IMG/VR virus record: IMGVR_UViG_3300024289_000017
Strand: one strand, 5' to 3'
Length of the DNA: 64,000 nucleotides
DNA from: an uncultured virus (IMG/VR IMGVR_UViG_3300024289_000017)
Lineage: Duplodnaviria; Heunggongvirae; Uroviricota; Caudoviricetes
Under the pieces are notes generated by a model. It saw only the letters and a program-made list of their open reading frames with translations, did not search any database and was not told where the DNA came from. Both the position numbers and the translations under genes were made by a program. Each line of letters opens with the position of its first letter. Position 1 is the first letter of the stretch. Positions 57,212 through 64,000 of this stretch are shown here, one piece after another.

Positions 57212-58924
57212 TCAGACCACCATATGCGAAAAACCTTTTACTTTTTCAAACTTTATGACACTTTCAAATCTGTCCTCAAGACCTGTCTTATGAGAGATAA
57301 CAAAAATGTTTGCGTCTTTAATTACATAACGAATGATTTTAAGAAACTCTTCGGTTCCAGTGGAATCCAAAGAACTATCAAAAATTTCATCAAGAATCAT
57401 TAGATTAGTATTCACCGAGTTCTTCATTCTTGCAACTTCTCTCCAAGTAAAAAGAAGTGCTAGGTCGATTCTTTGTTTTTCTCCTTCACTAAAAGAAGCA
57501 TAGGAGAAATCTTCGTGAATGGGTGACTGGACGGTTTCGTTAAACTCCTCATCAAGAGTAAAGTTAATATAGAAGTCCATCATTTGCAGATAACGATTGA
57601 CCTGCTGATTGATGAGTGGCAAATACTTCTTAATAATTTTGGATTTTACTCCACCGTCTTTGAGCAAACTATACGAAAAATCGTAATAGTTGATTGTGTC
57701 TTTTTTAGAAGCGAGTTCGTCGTATGTAATTTTTAAGTTGTCTTTGAAGGATTCTAACTTCTCATGTTCAGAATTTCGGTTTGCAAGGTTCTCGGTAAGA
57801 ACTTGAATTTCTTTTTCAAGATTTCGGATTTGTCTTTGTAATCCGTTAATCTTAATATTGTTTTGAGAAATGCCATTCGTTAATTTTGAAATCTCCTTCG
57901 ACAGAGTATTGAATTGACGCTCTCGCTCTTCTTCCTCTTTAATTGCCTCCTCTAGTTCTTTATAACCAGATTGCAACTCTTTTGCTTTATTTTGAGCGTC
58001 GTTAATTCTATTTATTCTGAAGATCTCTTCGATAGACTGTGTGCAGGTGGGGCATACCGTATTCTCTGTAAAGAACTTATGCTCTTTAGTAATGGTAGAT
58101 ACTTTTTGAGAAATCTTACCCTTTAAGTTTCCAAGTTTGCGTAGTTTTTCTGCATATCCAACCAACTTATCTTGCTCTCGAATATACTCATAAAGAGGTT
58201 CTTCTAAAGTACTATTCTCATTCATATATTGTTGGATTTCTTTATCCAAATCGGAAATTTTCCGATTACTATTATCAATACTTTCTTTTCCGCGATTCTC
58301 AAGTTCTTCAATGAACTCCTGTTGCATTTTGACTTTATCAAGAAGAGATTCTTTCTTCAGTTCATAAACTTTGATTTCTTCTTTTGTTTGACGAATCTTT
58401 TCTTTGATAACCATATTCATTGAAGAAAAAATCTTGATATCAAGCAAATCCTCAATGACTTCTCTACGATGTGCAGCAGAGAGTTGCATAAAAGGAACAA
58501 AAGTACTAGAACCCAGAATTACAATCTGAGTGAAGGACTTGTAGTTCATTTTAAGAACATTTTGCTCCAACCACTTCTGCTGATCTAAAGCAGCGGCAGA
58601 TTGATCCAAAGAAGTATCATTTCTCCAAATCTCAAAAAGTGCAGGTTTAATTCCCCTTACAACTTTCCAATCAGCATTTCCAATCGAAAACTCTACTTCA
58701 ACTCTACAGTCCTTTTCATTTACAGAGTTAATAAGTTGAGGTTTATTAATCTTACGAAATGGTTTTCCAAACAAAGCAAATGTAAGTGCATCCAGAACAG
58801 TACTTTTTCCTGCTCCATTTGTACCGACAATGAGATTAGTTTTATTTTTTGTAAAATCAACTTCAGTGTACTGATTGCCAGTGCTTAAAAAGTTTTTCCA
58901 ACGAATAGTTTTAAATAAAATCAT
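57212..58924 (-). CDS. Recombination endonuclease subunit gp46 (Rad50/SbcC-like)
   Basis: GTNGAGKS, CPTC hook, FSEGE, ILDE. Confidence 0.95.
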   Translation of the reverse strand: MILFKTIRWKNFLSTGNQYTEVDFTKNKTNLIVGTNGAGKSTVLDALTFALFGKPFRKINKPQLINSVNEKDCRVEVEFSIGNADWKVVRGIKPALFEIWRNDTSLDQSAAALDQQKWLEQNVLKMNYKSFTQIVILGSSTFVPFMQLSAAHRREVIEDLLDIKIFSSMNMVIKEKIRQTKEEIKVYELKKESLLDKVKMQQEFIEELENRGKESIDNSNRKISDLDKEIQQYMNENSTLEEPLYEYIREQDKLVGYAEKLRKLGNLKGKISQKVSTITKEHKFFTENTVCPTCTQSIEEIFRINRINDAQNKAKELQSGYKELEEAIKEEEERERQFNTLSKEISKLTNGISQNNIKINGLQRQIRNLEKEIQVLTENLANRNSEHEKLESFKDNLKITYDELASKKDTINYYDFSYSLLKDGGVKSKIIKKYLPLINQQVNRYLQMMDFYINFTLDEEFNETVQSPIHEDFSYASFSEGEKQRIDLALLFTWREVARMKNSVNTNLMILDEIFDSSLDSTGTEEFLKIIRYVIKDANIFVISHKTGLEDRFESVIKFEKVKGFSHMVV

Positions 58925-59183
58925 GATCAGTGTTTGGAGGAATTACAATGTCATTTGGAGTAATCACTGCATATTGATACCCATGCAGTTCACAAGTTTT
59001 TATCATTACTTCATCTTCAATTTCAATTACATGCATTTCTGGATATCCTTCTTCTTCTAACATCATAGCATACCGAACAGCATCATCCTCTTCCTGAAAA
59101 AGATACAAAATATGTTCTCCCTCATCATCAATTACGGAATATGCTCCTTCAGTTTCTCTGCCATTGATTGTTAGAATAAACAT
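58911..59183 (-). CDS. Conserved acidic hypothetical protein
   Basis: 90-aa ORF between gp47 and gp46. Confidence 0.7.
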   Translation of the reverse strand: MFILTINGRETEGAYSVIDDEGEHILYLFQEEDDAVRYAMMLEEEGYPEMHVIEIEDEVMIKTCELHGYQYAVITPNDIVIPPNTDHDFI

Positions 59184-60224
59184 TTAAACTAATTCACATG
59201 CCTCTTGATAAATTTCTTGCATCATTTTTTGAATGACTGATTTATCAAGACTAATTTCTGCCTCCTCAATATATCTATTCAGGATAGAAATAGTGTCTTC
59301 GCTTTCAAATGCTTCAAACTCTTCATGTTCTTGAATGTCAAAATTCTCAATGATTTTGAGTTCTGCAATGTTGGAAGAATAAAGTTTATCAATAAACTTT
59401 TCAAACTTTTTAGTGTCAGACTTTTTACGAACAACAACCTTTACGATCTTGTTTTCGTACTCACGAGTATCAAATGTTTGATAGTTAGTGTCCTCATAAT
59501 AAATGTTATGGAACATCTTATAAGGATTGTTTACATGCTCGTGAGTTATCGTTTCAGTATCAAAAATAGTGAATCCACGAGTATCACCAACATCAGTCCA
59601 GTAGATCTCATAGGGATTTCCTAAGTAAAAGACCGTTCCATCATTCGATCTAGTGTGATAGTGTCCCGAGTAGACTCTAGTGAACTTATCAAATAGTTTG
59701 CCCTCCAGACCGTGCTCCATGACGATTTGCTTATTAACTCTAAATCCCTGGAGTTCAAGGTGCCCCATCGCGCACGGGCAAGTTGTCTTTTTAATAAGTT
59801 TGAGAGTACTTTCCTCATTTTCTTGATTAATCCAGGGTATAAAAAGTGTTCGGAGATTATCGAGAATAACTTCAGTTGGTTCCGAATATACCGTCACATT
59901 ATCATACTCACGCAAAAGTAAATCAACTGCATTTACATTATTAGTGTTCTTATAATAAGCCGTATGATTTCCTACAATTGTATGGACCCTTACACCCATT
60001 TCTTGAAGACGGTCATAGTAATTATTTTTTGCCCAAGATAAAGCAGAGAAATCAATTCCCTTACGACTATCAAAAGTATCTCCCATATCTACAACAGTAG
60101 TAATCCCTTGCTCTTCGAGTGTAGGGAAAAATACATTGTCGTAGAAATTTAGAAAATAATCATGAAAGAGTTTGGAATTCTTTCTCGCACCAAAATGTTG
60201 GTCTGTAATAATTGCTACTTTCAT
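59184..60224 (-). CDS. Recombination endonuclease subunit gp47 (Mre11/SbcD-like)
   Basis: TDQHFG, MGDTFD, GNH, SGHYH. Confidence 0.95.
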   Translation of the reverse strand: MKVAIITDQHFGARKNSKLFHDYFLNFYDNVFFPTLEEQGITTVVDMGDTFDSRKGIDFSALSWAKNNYYDRLQEMGVRVHTIVGNHTAYYKNTNNVNAVDLLLREYDNVTVYSEPTEVILDNLRTLFIPWINQENEESTLKLIKKTTCPCAMGHLELQGFRVNKQIVMEHGLEGKLFDKFTRVYSGHYHTRSNDGTVFYLGNPYEIYWTDVGDTRGFTIFDTETITHEHVNNPYKMFHNIYYEDTNYQTFDTREYENKIVKVVVRKKSDTKKFEKFIDKLYSSNIAELKIIENFDIQEHEEFEAFESEDTISILNRYIEEAEISLDKSVIQKMMQEIYQEACELV

Positions 60225-60764
60225 TCAATACCGCAGTTTGCTGTGAACTCCGTCCTTGATAGAATTATAATCGGAATAGTTCCCGCCGTCAATAGTGTTG
60301 TCGTCTGTGAAGACTTCCGAAAATCCAGACCTTTCAAGGATTTTATTTTTGATTTCCAATTGACGCTTTTCTCTTTGGATGCGACGAAGGAAAGCGTAGT
60401 GAATGATTTGAGTGAAGTATGCGAAAGGATTTTGTGACTTCTCCGGATTGAAATTGTGAATGTACTGAACACAATTTTCAATACCATCAGAAATCATATC
60501 TTCCTTGAACATGTAGTTCACGAAGTTTGGTTTAAAGGAAAGGTGATTCGCAATCTTTAAGAAACACTCTCCAATGTAGCGGGGAATAGGAGGTTTTGTA
60601 TCCCAAGTCTTTGCACGGTCTTCTTTCGTTAATTCTCTGCCAAACTTTTTAATAAAAGTTATTTCAACATCTTCACGATATTTGATGATAGCAGCAAGGA
60701 ACTCTTTATTATTGACATAATGCTCTGACCTTTTTCTTTTGGCCATGACTGCTGTGGTAATCAT
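60225..60764 (-). CDS. Late transcription sigma factor (gp55)
   Basis: HYVNNKEF, NFVNY..EDMISDG, NPFAYFTQ. Confidence 0.95.
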   Translation of the reverse strand: MITTAVMAKRKRSEHYVNNKEFLAAIIKYREDVEITFIKKFGRELTKEDRAKTWDTKPPIPRYIGECFLKIANHLSFKPNFVNYMFKEDMISDGIENCVQYIHNFNPEKSQNPFAYFTQIIHYAFLRRIQREKRQLEIKNKILERSGFSEVFTDDNTIDGGNYSDYNSIKDGVHSKLRY

Positions 60765-60789
60765 AAGTTTTTATCATTATTATGTATAG

Positions 60790-60840
60790 ATTATACCACT
60801 TATACAAATGCTTGACAAGGTATTCAAAAGTTGATACAAT
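60790..60840. promoter_or_regulatory. Overlapping divergent sigma70-type promoters
   Basis: Minus: TTGTCA-17-TATAAT (60818-60790); plus: TTGACA-17-TACAAT (60812-60840). Confidence 0.65.
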
Positions 60841-60869
60841 TACCTTTGTGGAGGTTGATAAGATAAGCT

Positions 60870-61262
60870 TTAACTATTTTTATAGAGTTTCTCTAATATC
60901 TCTTTAGCATCATTGACATTAGAGATATAACCCATTTTACGACTGATTTTTGATTGATTTATACTTTTTTTATCAGATTGTCGTACATAATTTTGATACA
61001 TCATTATTATTTTTATATCTGAAGATTCGGAAAGAGTTAATACATCTTCAAGATTTATTAAAAACATATCTTCCTTTGTTGTTTTTAACCAAGGTTCTAT
61101 TTTATATCCAACAACTCCCATTCTAGTAGTAACTTCGCTTAAAACAATGGGATTTGAAATAATCAATATTGTTCGATCTTCTTCTTCAGAGGCAGCAACT
61201 TTAGCAAATATTTCTTCCCCTGTTTTTAATTTTATTGTTGCATAAAAATCGTCTTCTATCAT
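60870..61262 (-). CDS. Conserved T4-like hypothetical protein
   Basis: IKLKTGEEIFA...PW pattern; lies between uvsW and gp55. Confidence 0.7.
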   Translation of the reverse strand: MIEDDFYATIKLKTGEEIFAKVAASEEEDRTILIISNPIVLSEVTTRMGVVGYKIEPWLKTTKEDMFLINLEDVLTLSESSDIKIIMMYQNYVRQSDKKSINQSKISRKMGYISNVNDAKEILEKLYKNS

Positions 61263-62728
61263 TTTTTTAAATTAATTGTAATTATATCGTAATTAAAATT
61301 CTCTTCATTATAGATCTTAATTCTTTCAATGAGATGATTTAGAGTATAATTTTTTCTTGCGTTATATGTACAGTCATCAGCGATATCATAAAGTGTTGCT
61401 TTTACTTTGTCTTTTCCTTTTCTAAGAACTCGTCCAATGCTTTGAAGATTACGAATTCTTGATTTGCTTGGTGAGGCAAAAATAACATTATGTAAATTTT
61501 TGATGTTGATTCCGGTAGAAAAAGTTCCATAAGATGCAACAATAATTGCATTATTTTCTCTTTCTGTAATTTCTCTAACCAATTCTCTTTCTTCAGCGTC
61601 AACTCCACCATGAATAAAAAATACTTTACGATCATTTCGCTTATTAGTATTTATCTTTTCAAATAAGATAGCTCCATGCGCTTCTACTCTTGAAAATAAA
61701 ATAAGGGTATTTCCTTTTAAATCTAATGCAAGATTTGTAATAAATTTATTTCTTTGTTCATGAGAAATTAAATATTGAATCTCATCTTCATAAGTTTCAA
61801 ATTTTTGTGGATTATGTTTTAAAACAATACACTGAATATCTAATTGTGATAAATGACCTTGCCTCATCAATTCATCTGTTTTGGTAACTTTATAAGATGG
61901 ACCAAATAACCCCTCTAAAACCCATTTATGTGTTTGTGTTCCATCAAGAGTTCCAGTAAAACCAAAACGATATTTTGCATGATGAAGTTTGGTCATAATT
62001 TCTATCAAGGATTTGCTCTTGAAAAGATGAGCTTCATCGCCTATAATTACATTATATTCTTCAAAAAAAGATCTCTCTAGTTTATAAACAGACTGCCAAG
62101 TTGTGATCGTTACAGAATATTCATTTGTTTTTTCTTTACCCGAATAAATACGGTGACAATATGAATCAGCATCCCAACCATAGTCTTGGAAATCCTTGTA
62201 CATCTGCTCTACCAAAGATGTCGTTGGAACAACTAGAAGAATTTTTTGTCCTTTATCTACATAATACCTTACGAGGGAATAAATCATCAAGGATTTTCCT
62301 GAGGCTGTGGGTGATATCAATAATTTTCGGTTATGTCGTAGAGCATCGTATACTCCCTCTACTTGATACTCCCGTGGAGAATGAGCACAAATAGATTTCA
62401 TATAGTCTTTTACACCTTCATATGAAATATTTTGATTTATTTCGAAAGGTTGTCCGTAAAATTTGTTATCTTCAAACTTATAAGAATATCCGTATTGATT
62501 GCAAAAATTTACAATTTTATCTAAGAGACCAACATATATTTGTTTCGATCTCATATCATATAAATGAATTTCTCCATTCCAATTTCTACCTCTATACTGA
62601 GGCATAAATTTTGCATTAGGAACCTCAAACTTAAAGTGATCTCTAAGTTCATACTCAATATGAGGTTCTGTATTGATTTTTAAAAATACTTCGTTTGATT
62701 TAGAAATAATAAGATCGGTTGTGTTCAC
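61259..62728 (-). CDS. uvsW: SF2 RNA-DNA/DNA helicase
   Basis: PTASGKS, DEAH, TGT, QSIGRVLR. Confidence 0.95.
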   Translation of the reverse strand: MNTTDLIISKSNEVFLKINTEPHIEYELRDHFKFEVPNAKFMPQYRGRNWNGEIHLYDMRSKQIYVGLLDKIVNFCNQYGYSYKFEDNKFYGQPFEINQNISYEGVKDYMKSICAHSPREYQVEGVYDALRHNRKLLISPTASGKSLMIYSLVRYYVDKGQKILLVVPTTSLVEQMYKDFQDYGWDADSYCHRIYSGKEKTNEYSVTITTWQSVYKLERSFFEEYNVIIGDEAHLFKSKSLIEIMTKLHHAKYRFGFTGTLDGTQTHKWVLEGLFGPSYKVTKTDELMRQGHLSQLDIQCIVLKHNPQKFETYEDEIQYLISHEQRNKFITNLALDLKGNTLILFSRVEAHGAILFEKINTNKRNDRKVFFIHGGVDAEERELVREITERENNAIIVASYGTFSTGINIKNLHNVIFASPSKSRIRNLQSIGRVLRKGKDKVKATLYDIADDCTYNARKNYTLNHLIERIKIYNEENFNYDIITINLKK

Positions 62729-62756
62729 GATGATTCATTCATCTGTGAATATTTAT

Positions 62757-63194
62757 TTACCCTAGTCCAGCGTTAAATCTCATAAATTCAATTGCATTCT
62801 TGATTTGATATGTTCTATTTTGAATCATTTTTAAAATGCTTTCAATATAAACAAGCATAGTGTCATAATAATCTATTTTCAAACAAACAGTTGACAATTT
62901 TTCATCGGCATCCAAATATTTTTGCATAGTGTCTTTATCCCTGATTTTTTTGGGAAATGGATTTTCCACATAAACATCAGGATCTGCCTTCCCAGAATAG
63001 TATTCATATCTTTCATGTCTAATATTTCTTTTTTGTTGTTCTGCTTTTTTTCTCAACAAAAAAATGGTATTGTATAGATCAAAATATTTTGCGTGAAGGA
63101 TGGGAATATTTGTAGATTCCGTATGAAGATTATCCATGTCAATTTTGGAGTCCTGCTCCCACATTTTTTGAATAGTATCAAGATCAAAACTCAT
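62757..63194 (-). CDS. uvsY: Recombination mediator
   Basis: WEQDSKID...LHAKY...YYSGKA...IKNAIEF. Confidence 0.9.
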   Translation of the reverse strand: MSFDLDTIQKMWEQDSKIDMDNLHTESTNIPILHAKYFDLYNTIFLLRKKAEQQKRNIRHERYEYYSGKADPDVYVENPFPKKIRDKDTMQKYLDADEKLSTVCLKIDYYDTMLVYIESILKMIQNRTYQIKNAIEFMRFNAGLG

Positions 63195-63751
63195 AAAGGA
63201 TCGCCATTCAAATCTGTAATATTAAACATAGTATACTTGAAAGATACTTCTGCTGTAAAGTATTGAATGTCTGTTTCTGTAGCATCAAATTGTAATGTAG
63301 TCAAATTATAAGGAAACAAGTCTCTAAATTTTATTTTAAAGTTTGCATTTTGGCTGCTTGTTAAAACAGTTAAAGTTCCATCCGAATACAGATTCATCAA
63401 TCCTTTTCTTGGTTGATTCATATTTGGATTTGAAGTTTGTAATTCGTATATTTCTTCCAAGGATTCGGGAAATCCAAGACCACGAATCCAGTTTGAAATT
63501 TCAGTGTAATTCGTCAAATCCTCATCAACTAAAAACCTAAGAGTGAAATCTTCAAACTCTATCTTTTCCCCAGGTTGAGGTATGTCTCTCAAATATGATG
63601 GTTGATTGGCAATTCCTAAAGTTAATCCAGGTATATTTGCAGAATTACTAAAAAAGGCAACTTTAGGTGCTCTATTTAAAATAAATTTAAATCCAACAGG
63701 TGCTAGAAAATTTCTATTCTGTATTTGATTCTTAAATGAGTTGGTCGTCAT
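63191..63751 (-). CDS. Tail completion / tube terminator (gp3-like)
   Basis: NFLAPVGFKF, ANIPG, FLVDEDLTNY.EI..W; follows gp23. Confidence 0.85.
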   Translation of the reverse strand: MTTNSFKNQIQNRNFLAPVGFKFILNRAPKVAFFSNSANIPGLTLGIANQPSYLRDIPQPGEKIEFEDFTLRFLVDEDLTNYTEISNWIRGLGFPESLEEIYELQTSNPNMNQPRKGLMNLYSDGTLTVLTSSQNANFKIKFRDLFPYNLTTLQFDATETDIQYFTAEVSFKYTMFNITDLNGDPL

Positions 63752-63769
63752 TTTTTTAAATATTTAGAT

Positions 63770-63796
63770 AAAAAAAGAGACCCTTTTGGGGTCTCT
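63770..63796 (-). terminator. Intrinsic terminator after gp23
   Basis: agagaccc-tttt-ggggtctct with A-run. Confidence 0.75.
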
Positions 63797-63818
63797 CGAT
63801 AATCTTATGTGATATTGA

Positions 63819-64000
63819 TCACATGAGGTTCTTAACAGCAACTCTTCTGTAGTAGCGGTTCTGGTTGGTCTGAAGACGACCGAGACCCTGATTGGTTCCT
63901 TCTGCAAATGGGTTAGCAACAAGACCATAACGGGTCTTAAAGCCAATCTTAGGCTGGAAGGAGTTCTCACCAACGGCACGAACCATTTGGAGAGGAACAT
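63819..64000 (-). CDS. Major capsid protein gp23 (3' end only)
   Basis: ...VPLQMVRAVGENSFQPKIGFKTRYGLVANPFAEG...NRYYRRVAVKNLM*. Confidence 0.95.
   Translation of the reverse strand, partial: VPLQMVRAVGENSFQPKIGFKTRYGLVANPFAEGTNQGLGRLQTNQNRYYRRVAVKNLM

Noticed and set aside
63764..64000. 78-aa ORF in the track
   Set aside because: Wrong frame; the region is the gp23 C-terminus ending at 63819
1..64000. Stop-codon reassignment or suppressor tRNA
   Set aside because: Core genes are full length in the standard code and no CTA/TTA/TCA anticodon was found

Overview
64 kb of an AT-rich, T4-like cyanobacterial myovirus genome (cyanomyovirus; host lineage not determinable from sequence alone), almost entirely encoded on the minus strand. 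Right to left: the 3' end of major capsid gp23, gp3, uvsY/uvsW, the gp55 late sigma factor, gp47/gp46, a CobT-like vWA peptidase plus CobS, gp45/gp44/gp62, dam, regA, hsp20, gp43, uvsX, gp41, mazG, putative internal head proteins, primase and nrdAB. Next comes a tRNA region (8 tRNAs, one tRNA-like element, two HNH endonucleases, dps, hairpin-rich spacers; a ninth tRNA, Ala, lies at 40.6 kb). After that are a modular structured RNA interrupted by a small membrane-protein ORF, a 16-gene (~11.7 kb) glycan island, an outer-membrane beta-barrel, an hli-petF-hli-peroxiredoxin operon with an HLR1-like site, two wall hydrolases sharing an N-terminal module, a GIY-YIG endonuclease, a thermonuclease, the only plus-strand block (four genes, mostly secreted or membrane proteins) and a 2OG-Fe(II) oxygenase. 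At the left edge is a >620-aa ORF missed by the ORF track that carries an ADP-ribosyltransferase-like motif. No CRISPR array, intron or intein was seen. All calls come from motif recognition by eye; no database searches were run.
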